This document shows, piece after piece, positions 50,017 to 63,198 of a DNA stretch of 64,000 nt (position 1 is the first letter of the stretch; every line of letters starts with the position of its first letter). The stretch is from positions 5,766,001 through 5,830,000 of the forward strand of contig NC_043020.1 of NCBI RefSeq assembly GCF_006345805.1, written 5' to 3'. A program made the position numbers and the translations under genes. The notes below the pieces were generated by a model that saw only the letters and a program-made list of their open reading frames with translations, was not told the DNA's origin and did not search any database. The DNA comes from Octopus sinensis. Lineage: Eukaryota.

Positions 50017-50680
50017 TACGACAAGCTTCTTTCAGTTTCCGTCTACCAAATCTACTTACAAGGCATTGGTCGGCCCGGGGCTATAGCAGAAGACACTTGC
50101 CCAAGATGCCACGCAGTGGGACTGAACCCGGAACCATGTGGTTGGTAAGCAAGCTACTTACCACACAGCCACTCCTGCGCCTATGTAAGTTAGTTGATGT
50201 AAATTTGAAGCAGATTTTTCTGCTTCTTTGTTCCATTTCCAATGTCTTTAAATAAAAGGAATGTGGTTATGGAGCTTGCTTCCTAGCTACATGGTTTCGG
50301 GTTCAGTCCCACTGCGTGGCACTTTGGGTAGGTATCTTCCACTATAGCCCCGAGCCGACCGGAGCTTTGTGATTGAATTCGGTAGGTGGAAGTTACTGCC
50401 GTGTGTGTACGTGTGCGTGTAGGTGCTTGTGCCTCTCCGAAAGAGAGAGAGAGGGAATTTCTTAACCTTATTAACTTGAATGAAAAAAAAAATGCATTTT
50501 TATAAACATTAAAGGCAAAATGTGAAATTCAATTTACTGGGAAAAAATCAGCACACATACCGCAGGTGCACTCGCACACACATTCACTCTTGTGTTTCAC
50601 CAATTGAAGGAATGAGTGGAATGTTTGAAATGAGTAATGGTTTAAGCATTTCCAGCTTTCATTTTTTTAACTTTTGCAAC

Positions 50681-51628
50681 CTTAAATAAACAGGCCTCGG
50701 ATATGGATTACTTGGTAGAGTTGTGTGACAAAAGTAGGTACATCCTTACCTGAGTCCCTTATCAACAGTGAGGAAAAAAAATTACATCTTTTTATTTTAA
50801 AAGCTAGTAGGGAGTTTCTCAGGTAAATTACTGACAGCATTAGTCAATGTGTCTGTTGGAAGGCCCAATCCTCTGTACCTCTGAGATCTATGCCAGCAGA
50901 GAGCAAGCTCCTGGAAGGGATTCCCATGCTAGAAAAGTCAAAGGATAGAGGCCATATCTAGGAACAGAGGTAAAAATGGTTTTGTTTAAAGTGTGCAATC
51001 TTAAATAAACAGGCCTTGGATATGGATTACTTGGTAGAGTTATGTGACAAAAGTAGGTACATCCTTACCTGAGTCCCTTATCAACAGTGAGGAAAAAAAA
51101 ATTACATCTTTTTATTTTAAAAGCTAGTAGGGAGTTTCTCAGGTAAATTACTGACAGCATTAGTCAATGTGTCTGTTGGAAGGCCCAATCCTCTGTACCT
51201 CTGAGATCTATGCCAGCAGAGAGCAAGCTCCTGGAAGGGATTCCCATGCTAGAAAAGTCAAAGGATAGAGGCCATATCTAGGAACAGAGGTAAAAATGGT
51301 TTTGTTTAAAGTGTGCAATCTTAAATAAACAGGCCTTGGATATGGATTACTTGGTAGAGTTATGTGACAAAAGTAGGTACATCCTAACCTGAGTCCCTTA
51401 TCATCAGTGAGAAAAAAAAATTACATCTTTTTATTGTAAAAGCCAGTAGGGAGTTTCTCAGGTAAATTACTGACAGCATTAGTCTATGTGTCTGTTGGAA
51501 GGCCCAGTCCTCTGTACCTCTGAGATCTATACCAGCAGAGAGCAAGCTCCTGGAAGGGTTTCCCATGCTAGAAAAGCCAATGGATAGAGGCCATATCTAG
51601 GAACAGAGGTAAAAATGGTTTTGTTTAA
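50681..51628. repeat. ~319-bp tandem triplication of complex sequence
   Basis: Units start at 50681, 51000 and 51320. Copies 1-2 are almost identical; copy 3 is more diverged. Confidence 0.92.
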
Positions 51629-51848
51629 CCCTTTAGTGTTTAAACCAGCCATATCTGGCCCAGATATTCTACATATTTTATATTCAAACTGGCGATATCC
51701 AGCCTCTCACACCTAACCTACAATGACATTCTAAAAATAAACATTCACATCATTGAAACCTCAAAGCTATAAGATAATGCATGATTAATTCAAAACAATT
51801 TGAGTGAAAAAGTATTACATTTAACAGAGTAATCTGAACACTAAAGGG
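51629..51848. mobile_element. 220-bp piggyBac-like MITE family 2
   Basis: ttaa|ccctttagtg ... cactaaaggg|ttaa. Related copy 9521-10243 is split by a nested family-E insertion; partial inverted copy ends at ~55086. Confidence 0.8.
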
Positions 51849-52231
51849 TTAAAGTGTACACCCTTACCTGGCATAAAAAGACAAAGCTACAAAAGGGTTA
51901 GGTTCGAAATTCCAATACAACTGACTTTGACACAAGACACCTGAAGAAGGTTGGAGTGTATGACAGCCAAAACTTAGGGAAAGCAACAATTAAAATGAGG
52001 ACACCAGTCCAACTAACATAAACAGTGTACATAAAATGAAGAGATCCTTACACTTTTCTTGGGAGAAAATAAAACTGAGAAGTCCATCTTCTCCTTGGAA
52101 GCTGTGAAGTTTACAATGGTAGGAAAATCCAAACAAGGATCTGATGGATTCCTTGAATGGGATGTGGGAAGAGAATGAAATTGAGGAGCTATTGGTTTGT
52201 AAAAAGATGAGGGCACAGTTTAATCCCATAT

Positions 52232-54925
52232 TTATTACCTCTGCCTTAGTGAAGGCGGAGGTATTGTTTTCAGTCGTATTTGTTTGTTTGTTTGTTTGTT
52301 TGTTTGTCCGTGGATAAGATATCTCAAGAACTGCTGGATGGATTCGGATGAAACTTTCGAGTGTGTTTGGCCTCGTGACTAGCACAAACTGATTAGATTT
52401 TGGGATCGATCCGGTACCAGACAAGGATTCTGGATTGTTTTTTTTTCCTGTTTTTTTTTACTTAATTTTTGAGAGCGGCCACGTTCATTTTTAGTATCCA
52501 TTTAGTATCCTCGTTTGTGAAGGCAATTGAGTTTATTTCAGATACTCTCATTTTAAAAATCATCTTAAGTTTATTTCTGATACTCTCATTTTAAGACTCA
52601 TCTTGAGTTTATTTCAGATAGTCTCATTTTAAGACTCATCTTGAGTTTATTTCAGATAGTCTCATTTTAAGACTCATCTTGAGTTTATTTCAGATAGTCT
52701 CATTTTAAGACTCATCTTGAGTTTATTTCAGATAGTCTCTTTTAAGACTCATCTTGAGTTATTTCAGATAGTCTCATTTTAAGACTCATCTTGAGTTTAT
52801 TTCAGATAGTCTCATTTTAAGACTCATCTTGAGTTTATTTCAGATAGTCTCATTTTAAGACTCATCTTGAGTTTATTCTGATACTCTCATTTTAAGACTC
52901 ATCTTGAGTTTATTTCTGATACTCTCATTTTAAGACTCATCTTGAGTTTATTTCAGATAGTCTCATTTTAAGACTCATCTTGAGTTTATTCAGATAGTCT
53001 CATTTTAAGACTCATCTTGAGTTTATTTCAGATAGTCTCATTTTAAGACTCATCTTGAGTTTATTTCAGATAGTCTCATTTTAAGACTCATCTTGAGTTT
53101 ATTTCAGATAGTCTCATTTTAAGACTCATCTTGAGTTTATTTCAGATAGTCTCATTTTAAGACTCATCTTGAGTTTATTTCAGATAGTCTCATTTTAAGA
53201 CTCATCTTGAGTTTATTTCTGATACTCTCATTTTAAGACTCATCTTGAGTTTATTTCAGATACTCTCATTTTAAGACTCATCTTGAGTTTATTTCAGATA
53301 GTCTCATTTAAGACTCATCTTGAGTTATTTCAGATAGTCTCATTTTAAGACTCATCTTGAGTTTATTTCAGATAGTCTCATTTTAAGACTCATCTTGAGT
53401 TATTTCAGATAGTCTCATTTTAAGATCATCTTGAGTTTATTTCTGATACTCTCATTTTAAGACTCATCTTGAGTTTATTCAGATAGTCTCATTTTAAGAC
53501 TCATCTTGAGTTTATTTCAGATAGTCTCATTTTAAGACTCATCTTGAGTTTATTTCAGATAGTCTCATTTAAGACTCATCTTGAGTTTATTTCAGATAGT
53601 CTCATTTTAAGACTCATCTTGAGTTTATTTCAGATAGTCTCATTTTAAGACTCATCTTGAGTTTATTTCAGATAGTCTCATTTAAGACTCATCTTGAGTT
53701 TATTTCAGATAGTCTCATTTTAAGACTCATTGAGTTTATTTCAGATAGTCTCATTTTAAGACTCATCTTGAGTTTATTTCAGATAGTCTCATTTTAAGAC
53801 TCATCTTAAGTTTATTTCTGATACTCTCATTTTAAGACTCATCTTGAGTTTATTTCAGATAGTCTCATTTTAAGACTCATCTTGAGTTTATTTCAGATAG
53901 TCTCATTTTAAGACTCATCTTGAGTTTATTTCAGATAGTCTCATTTTAAGACTCATCTTGAGTTTATTTCTGATACTCTCATTTTAAGACTCATCTTGAG
54001 TTTATTTCAGATAGTCTCATTTTAAGACTCATCTTGAGTTTATTTCAGATAGTCTCATTTTAAGACTCATCTTGAGTTTATTTCAGATAGTCTCATTTTA
54101 AGACTCATCTTGAGTTTATTTCAGATAGTCTCATTTTAAGACTCATCTTGAGTTTATTTCAGATAGTCTCATTTAAGACTCATCTTGAGTTTATTTCAGA
54201 TAGTCATTTTAAGACTCATCTTAGTTTATTTCTGATACTCTCATTTTAAGACTCATCTTGAGTTTATTTCAGATAGTCTCATTTTAAGACTCATCTTGAG
54301 TTTATTTCAGATAGTCTCATTTAAGACTCATCTTGAGTTTATTTCAGATAGTCTCATTTTAAGACTCATCTTGAGTTTATTTCTGATACTCTCATTTTAA
54401 GACTCATCTTGAGTTTATTTCAGATAGTCTCATTTTAAGACTCATCTTGAGTTTATTTCTGATACTCTCATTTTAAGACTCATCTTGAGTTTATTTCAGA
54501 TAGTCTCATTTTAAGACTCATCTTGAGTTTATTTCAGATAGTCTCATTTTAAGACTCATCTTGAGTTTATTTCAGATAGTCTCATTTTAAGACTCATCTT
54601 GAGTTTATTTCAGATAGTCTCATTTTAAGACTCATCTTGAGTTTATTTCAGATAGTCTCATTTTAAGACTCATCTTGAGTTTATTTCAGATAGTCTCATT
54701 TTAAGACTCATCTTAAGTTTATTTCTGATACTCTCATTTTAAGACTCATCTTGAGTTTATTTCAGATAGTCTCATTTTAAGACTCATCTTGAGTTTATTT
54801 CAGATAGTCTCATTTTAAGACTCATCTTGAGTTTATTTCAGATAGTCTCATTTTAAGACTCATCTTGAAAAATCATTATTGAGAAGACATTGGTGTTGTC
54901 TTGGCAAAGGTCTCTGCTCTTGTTT
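52232..54925 (+). mobile_element. Helentron-like HINE hosting a 38-bp satellite; array-less 5' copy at ~56468-56665
   Basis: 5' tattacctctgccttagtgaaggcggagg hairpin, (GTTT)n, gatggattcggatgaaactt and gatccggtaccagacaaggattctgga; 3' ttggcaaaggtctctgctc. This is the typical HINE/DINE-like layout. Confidence 0.6.
52529..54870. repeat. 38-bp satellite, ~61 copies (GAGTTTATTTCAGATAGTCTCATTTTAAGACTCATCTT)
   Basis: Period 38 measured (52621 to 52659). Minor variant ttctgatactctc is interspersed; scattered 1-2 nt deletions. Confidence 0.95.
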
Positions 54926-55848
54926 ACGTTGTTTTCAATCAATTGTGCATTATCTCATAGCTTTGAGGTTTCGACGATGTGATTGTGTATTTTTAGGCTG
55001 ATGTTGTAGGATAGATGTGGTTAGTTTGAACATAAAATCGATAGAATATTTGGGCCCCGATGTGGACAGTTTTGAATGTTGAAGGGTTAAAGAACAAGTG
55101 GATGACAAACTGCCAGTGAAAACCACACTAATAGACTTTTAGTGACTGTGTGTGAGTCATCTAGGTAACATGATACCCATCCTGCCGACTTCTAGACTCA
55201 AACTACTCACAAGCATATTTGGGACAATCCAATTTGAGTAGTAGGGCATGTTCATTAGAACAGAAATGTCAATTGTGGAGGAGTCTCGATATAACTCAGG
55301 TTTCGTTTTGTCACCCATATGTGTGTGCGAATTGGCCTAATTGTTTTTGGGTTTCTTCAAATTACTTTTTTTAAAATAATTATATCATATTTGTGCTTTA
55401 TATCATCATCTAATTATTTTGTGTAATTTCTTGCAATTAGCCAGTTTTTAATGCGGTTTGGTATAACATGTGACACTTCCGTCTTCACCACCTCTGTTGT
55501 ATAATTTTTCATGTTTTGGATCCTCTTTGTAACAGATCTTTTGTACGCATAACTAGACCCTGTGGGAAATAAGCCCTTATTATATATGTATCCCGTGTGT
55601 GTGTGCCATGTAAAATGCACTTGTACCAGAGCTGCATAAATACACTTGTGCTGGTACTGCATAAACACACCTCTGCATGTGGGTGTATAAAAAGCACCCA
55701 GCATACTCTGTTGAGTGGTTGGCGTTAGGAAGGGCATCCAGCTGTAGAAACCATGGCCAGAACAGACAACTGGAGTTTGGACAGCTCCTTGGCTGGCCAG
55801 CTCCTGTCAAACCATCTAACCCATGCCAGACGTTAGATGATGATGATG

Positions 55849-55884
<36 letters not shown>

Positions 55885-56859
55885 GAAAGAGAGAGAGAGA
55901 GAGAGCAGTGCATGTCATTAAAAGTGATACTGGGGTGAAATATACAAAGCCCAGTATACCCATCATGACTACCCATCTGATAAGGGCACACCAGGCACAT
56001 GCATCACAACCATATGTGCGTGACATGGTGATCTCATATCAAGATAAACAGGGCATGACCTTGCAGGTGGGGCCCAGTTAGAATTTTCTTTAGGTCCAGT
56101 AGCCCATCCTGCTCTAAAGGTTTCTAGTATGGATTACCTAAGGATGTTGAATGAAACACTCATGTTTCCAGAGGTGAATTATTCAAACCCTCAAAAATTC
56201 CTCTCGGCATATGGCTATGATGCTTCCCAACTACTTCTGCTCATGATCAGAGATGCATACATCATCATCATCCACTAAGGGACATGCTCAACTGGTTAAG
56301 GTCAAGCAACTGACAAGCACATCTGTGGTACTTTGCAGAATATTTGCTGTAGCCCTTCTATTTACAAAGACAAAACATGATAATACTTCCAATCAGTTAA
56401 GATCAGAAACCTGAGAACCACTACCTGTTACTGCATCAGGGCATTTATTATTATTCTCATTATAATTATTACCTCTGCCTTTGCTAAGGCTGAAGTATTA
56501 CTTGCAGTTGTGTTTGTTTGACCGTGGAGACAAGATATCTCAAGAACCGCTGGATGGATTCAGATGAAACTTTCAGGGATGTTTGGCCTCGTGACTGGCA
56601 CATACTGATTAGATTTTGGGATCAGTCCGGTACCAGACAAGGATTCTGGATTATTTGTTATGTTTACTTTACATAAGGTATTACGATCTTACTTTCACTT
56701 TCAAGTCTTTCTCTGATTATCTCCCTTGAAAGCACACTCATGGTTTCCACATAAGTTATGATGGCATTGCACACACACATATACTCACACAGAGTTGAAA
56801 CGCTGTTTGATTTTTCTTTTCAGCATTAAATGTTCACCATCCCACTACCAGTTTGCATT

Positions 56860-57035
56860 CATCCTTTCCTTCCTCATTCATCTATCACCCCTTCCTTCCT
56901 TAGTCATCGATCACCCCTTCCTTCCTCATTCATCTATCACCCCTTCCTCCCTCATTCATCTATCACCCCTTCCTTCCTCATTCATCTATCACCCCTTCCT
57001 TCCTCATTCATCTGTCACCTCTTCCTTTCTCATTC
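56860..57035. repeat. 26-bp minisatellite, ~6 copies (CCTTCCTTCCTCATTCATCTATCACC)
   Basis: tcacc recurs at 56885, 56911 and 56937. Confidence 0.8.
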
Positions 57036-60000
57036 ATATGTTGTGACAGAGAAATACACAAATGTATTAATATAGTAGAAGATATGGATGGTAAATCAAA
57101 TTAATACACTTGTCAATGTTCACATACATTCACATACTTCCCTTGTACACACACATACAGGTGGGGAACCTATATGCCAAGAAACCGGGAAACCGGCCCT
57201 TATGAGCCAGGTATGGCTCGAGAAGGAACAAACCACACCTGACTTCATTGCAAACTAAAATGAACTTCACTCTGAACTCTGCACTCATTTGGATCGTTAC
57301 TATTTATACTTTACCTGGACCAGTCTATCTCTTGCGAGGGGGGTGTTGTAACTCTCATCACAACAGTCTGTCTGTCTGTCTGTCTCTGTTTCTTTACTAC
57401 CCACAAGGGGCTAAACATAGAGGGGACAAACAAGGACAGACAAACGGATTAAGTCGATTACATCGACCCCAGTGCGTAACTGGTACTTAATTTATCGACC
57501 CCAGAAGGATGAAAGGCAAAGTTGACCTCGGCAGAATTTGAACTCAGAACGTAGCGGCAGACGAAATACCTATTTCTTTATTACCCACATGGGGCTAAAC
57601 ATAGAGGGGACAAACAAGGACAGACATAGGTATTAAGTCGATTTTATCGACCCCAGTGCTTAACTGGTACTTAATTTATCGAACCCGAAAGGATGAAAGG
57701 CAAAGTTTACCTCGGCGGAATTTGAACTCAAAACGTAATGGCAGACGAAATACGGCTACGCATTTCACCCGGCATGCTAACGATTCTGCCAGCTCGCCGC
57801 CTGTCTGTCTATATCATGGACTCTCCGGCTGTTAGACAACATATGAGGGTTCAGCTGTTTCTTGTTGAACAACCCCACAGTCGTGTTTTTTTCTATGGTG
57901 ATCAAATGTTTTGTGTTGCACACATAAGCTCACTTTGCTTCATCAAAGTGATGACGTTACCTGTACAGGTGCATGACCTGATTCGTGTCAACCACTAAGC
58001 CATGTACCTTCACATCTCTCTTACTCTCTCCTTTTCTCTCTCTCCCTATGTGTGTGTGTCTATATGTGTGTGTGCATGTATATGTGTGTGCATGTATATG
58101 TGTGTGCATGTATATGTATGTGCATGTATGTGTGCATGTATATGTGTGTATGTATTTGTATGTGGGTTTATATGTGTATATATATATATGTGAGTATATG
58201 TGTGTGTATGTATATATGTGTATATATATATATGTGTGTATGTATATGTGTGTATGTATGTATATGTGTGTGTATGTATGTGTATATGTGTGTGTGTATA
58301 TGTGCATGTATGTGTGTGTATGTATAAATATGTGTGTGTGTGTATATGAGTAACAAAAGAGGTGTCAATCCATTACGTCCGTTTCTAACGACTCCTTTAA
58401 TTGATCAATGAAAACATTACATAATTGTAAAGAAACCATTTTTTTGTCAGATGAATTCATGGACTTCAAAATAAAAGACATTCGAAAAAGATTCAAAATA
58501 GTTTAAAATCCACGGAACAAAAACATTTCCATTGATTCTGCTTCCATTTCAGTTGACAGGTGACACGTTCAATATTTACATAATATCGTTCTCAGGTGTT
58601 TTTTTTTTATCCCAACCTAATGAGGTACCACAATATAGGTACCTAGTTCAACTGAATCTTATTTATATCTCTATCTCTATCTCTATATATATAAAAGGCA
58701 GTTTGTCTGTCTGTGTGTCTGTGTGGCTGTCAGGTTGTACCCTCACCCTGATCACGGCTTTCAACCGATTCTGATGAAACTTGACACACACATAGCCCAA
58801 TGTCATAATTCAAAACTAACGCAGCGAAAATTTTGAAAGGTTCCCCCAGTTCTGAAAAAAATCGATAAATTCAACATGGGGTCGAGAATCTAAGCTTTTT
58901 ATATGCAACACATTTTCTGCCGGGAGACAGCTAGGAACATTGTATACATAGAAGTATTCGAGTGAAGAGAAGACATTGCAACCTACACATGCGCCTTCGT
59001 TCCCTAGAGGGAAAGAACTAGATTGGGATTAGTCGTTGCCTACTAGGGGCTCTTACATACCCAGGCAACGCCGGGCTATGCTGCTAGTTTTATATATAAT
59101 TAAATTAGGCAGCGGCTTAGCAATGTATCACCAAAAAGGAAATCTATAGATGTTTAATATGACCGAGGGTGTCAGAACACCTACAATGCTAGAAATAGGA
59201 GCTAAAGTGTCTGATGCTGCAATCATCATCATCATTTAACGTTCGTTTTCCATGCTAGCATGGGTTGGACGGTTTTGATGAGGGCTGGCAACCAGATGGC
59301 TGCACCAGGCTCCAGTCTTGATCTGGCAGAGTTTCTACAGCTGGATGCCCTTCCTAACGCCAACCACTCCCAGAATGTAGCGGGTGCTTTTTTACGTGCC
59401 ACCTGCACGGGGCCAGTCAGGCGGTATTGGCAATGACCTCGCTCGAATCTTTTTACACGTGCCACCGACACAGGTGCCAGTGAAGTGATGTTGGTAACGA
59501 TCACGCACGAATGGTGCCCTTTTACGTGCAACGGGTGCGGAAGCCAGCAAGCATAATGGTATACATACATACGGACAGTGATTGTAGATAGCTGAAAGTG
59601 GTAGTCATGATATGTGTATGTTTTTATTTGTTTCAGGCGTTTGACTGCAGCCATGCTGGAGCGATGCCTTTAGTCACACAAATCAACCCCAAGATTTATT
59701 CTTTGTAAGCTTAGCACTTATTTTATTGGTATCTTTTGCCAAACCACTAAATTACAGGGACATAAACACACCAACATTGGTTGTCAAGCGATAGTGGGGG
59801 GACAAACTCAGACACACAAACATATACATATATGTGTGTGTGGAGGCGCAGTGGCCCAGTGGTTAGGGCAGTGGACTCGCGGTTTCGGTTCCCAGACTGG
59901 GCGTTGTGAGTGTTTATTGAGTGAAAACATCTAAAGCTCCATGAGGCTCTGGCAGGGGGTGGTGGCCAACCCAGCTGTGCTCTTTTGCTACAACTTTCTC

Positions 60001-61038
60001 TCGTTCTTTCTTCTGTTGGCCTGCTCACTTATCCAGCAGGGTGGCGTCATTTGAAGGCTAAAACAATGTGAAGCGCATTGTGACCAGCGATGTGAAGCAA
60101 CATATGATAGCCTGGTCGTAAAAAAAAATATGTATATATATATATATATATATATACATACAATGGGCTTCTTTCAGTTTCTATCTACCAGATATACTCA
60201 CAAGGCTTTGGTTGGCCCAAGGCTATAGTAGAAGACACTTGCCCAAGGTGCTATGCAGTGGGACCGAACCCAGATCCATGTGGTTGGTAAATAAGCTACT
60301 TACCACACAGCCATTCCAGCGTCTATATACATTTATATATAAGTAATAATTTAAAATTTTGGTATATGCCTGGTAGTATGCTGTTTAAAGCACATTCTCT
60401 ATCTTTGGTACCTGATATCATCAACAATATGGCTATAGGTACCACTGGATTTACTTCAGGAATTTCTTTGTCCCCGTTGAGTATACTCTTTACTCTTTTA
60501 CTTGTTTCAGTCATTTGACTGCGGCCATGCTGGAGCACCGCCTTTAATCGAGCAACTCAACCCCGGGACTTATTCTTTTGTAAGCCCAGTACTTATTCTA
60601 TCGGTCTCTTTTGCCGAACCGCTAAGTAACAGCGACATAAACACACCATCATCGGTTGTCAAGCAATGCTAGCAGGACAAACACAGACACACAAATACAC
60701 ACATGCAAAGAAACCTTTAGGTCATTCGTCCAGCTAGAAATAACAGCCAAATCACTCTCAAATCACATGCTATCATTTTAAAAACAGGCTACCTAAGCTG
60801 ACGTAAAAAACAAGAACAAAACAGGATGGTCATGTTTAGAACAACACTTTTGAAACATCTGCCGAATCCAGGCCACCTTCATGCAAAACAACAACAACGA
60901 CAACAACAACAACAAGGAAACATACTTTAGATGATGTTGTCCTTGATACACTTTGAGAGAAACGGTGGGATGGGCATGGTTGGAACGAGATAGATCAGGA
61001 TGCTCTTGTGCTAAACAATAACATATTTGTATTTGTAG

Positions 61039-61123
61039 ACTTGTTAGAGTGTCAAGGCTTTGATAATTTTAGGTCAATTTGTTTGTATTTACTTCCTGGT
61101 TTGAAAAATCTTCAATGGAAATG
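61039..61123 (+). other. Candidate orphan exon (DLLECQGFDNFRSICLYLLPGLKNLQWKW); phase-compatible with candidate 60391-60438
   Basis: tttgtag acceptor, TG|GTACAG donor, open frame in unique sequence; no family recognised. Confidence 0.25.
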
Positions 61124-62415
61124 GTACAGTTCTGCCGTAGAAGGATCCAAGCTCGTGCTTGCTATTATGGTATACTGCGGCCATGCTGGAGCACCACCTT
61201 TTAGTCGAGCAAATTGACCCCGGGACTTATTCTTTGTAAGCCCAGTACTTATTCTATCGGTCTCTTTTGCCGAACCGCTAAGTGACGGGGACGTAATGCT
61301 AGGGGGACAAACACAGACACACAAACACACACACACATATATATATATATACATATATATGACAGGCTTCTTTCAGTTTCCGTCTACCAAATCCACTCAC
61401 AAGGCATTGGTCGGCCCCGGGGCTATAGCAGAAGACACTTGCCCAAGATGCCACGCAGTGGGACTGAACCCGGAACCATGTGGTTGGTTAGCAAGCTACT
61501 TACCACACAGCCAATCCTGCGCCTATAATGTTTTTTTTTTTTTCATATCTATTATTCTTTTACTTGTTTCAGTTATTTGATTATGTCCATGCTGGAGCAC
61601 GGCCTTTAGTAAAACAAATCAACCCCAGGATTTATTCTTTATAACCCTAGTACTTATTTTATCGGTCTCGTTTGCTGAACCGCTAAGTTACAGGGACGTA
61701 AACGCACCAACATTGGTTGTCAAGCGATGGTGGAGGGACAAACACAGATGCACAAACATACACACACACACGTACATACATACATACATACACACACACA
61801 CATACACACATACATACATACACATGCACACACGATGGGCTTCCTTCAGTTTCCATCTACCAAATCCACTCACAAGGCTTTGGTCAGCCTGCGGCTGAAC
61901 CCGGAAGCAAGCTACTTACCACTCATCCACTCCTGAGTAACAAAATAGAATTAAACATTTGTTAGTCTATTTCTGTTGAAATACACTGCTAATTGTTCTA
62001 ATTAGTTTAGAAAATAACGAAGAATTTTGTAAAATAAATTTGTCATTCTTAAGCTGGTGATGGGAACAGAAATTGGTATGAAATTTAAACGGAAATGTTT
62101 AACTTTAACCATTTCCTTACGAATTTCTATTGAAATACACTGTTTCTTAGTTAATTTAGAAAATAAGGAAAAATTTAGGAAAATAACTTTGGCATTATTA
62201 AACTGAGAATTGGAACATAATGCAACTTGAAATTTATATAGATAATCTGGAGTATAACCAGCCGAAATTGCAATGATAATCTGGAACTTGACTGAGGAAA
62301 GAAAACTCTGAATGACCTGTCCTTGTTTTCTTTGCATCATCTATCTGGATGTTTTGTTGTCCCTTTTTTTGTATCACCTAACTGTCTAGATGTTTTGCAT
62401 TCTTGTCCCATTTTG

Positions 62416-62455
<40 letters not shown>

Positions 62456-62468
62456 ATACACACTTATG

Positions 62469-62544
<76 letters not shown>

Positions 62545-63077
62545 TATATATGTACATATACAGTATTGGTCAAAAGTCACCCGACTGTAAATCAAAATTC
62601 CATAAATACTTAATATTCAATTATAAATATTTAATAATTGAATGCTTTGAGTTAAAAATCACCGGTTTTTTTTTTTTTTTTTTCAAAATTTATCTATTCA
62701 TTAGTGAAGTCTCATATAAAATAACTTGACATTTTAATCTTGGAATCAAATATATATATCTTGGAATTAGGTATGTATGTATGTATATGTATATACATGT
62801 ATATAAATGTATATGTGTGTTGTGTATATATGTATACACACAGATATGTATGTGTAATGTATATGTACGTGTGTGTGTGTGTATATATATGAAGGAGAAT
62901 AAATTTATTTTACTTGTTTCAGTCATTTGGTTGTGGTCATGCTGGAGCACCACCTTATATCCAGTTTTACTCAGTAGTTAATTACTTGTTTTCGTTTCTA
63001 CAGCAATTAACTAACTAATTGCACACTGCAAAATTTGCATCTTTATGTGCACTTACCGTTAGTTGCCAATTCTTCAG

Positions 63078-63198
63078 GGTGGAATCAACCACATTGAAGA
63101 AGTGGTAACTCTCAATAACAGCACATGCAGATGCAAATTTTGCAGCGTGCATCAGTTAACTGGTGCAGAAACATGTCTAGGTGCAGAAATGGAGACAA
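63078..63198 (+). other. Candidate orphan exon, plus-strand model (GGINHIEEVVTLNNSTCRCKFCSVHQLTGAETCLGAEMET); competes with a minus-strand model at 63057-63176
   Basis: ttcttcag acceptor, CAA|GTAAGA donor, one open frame; no family recognised. Confidence 0.3.

Noticed and set aside
52529-54870. 38-bp repeat array as a CRISPR array
   Set aside because: Units are head-to-tail with no unique spacers, there are no cas genes, and the context is eukaryotic; it is a satellite.
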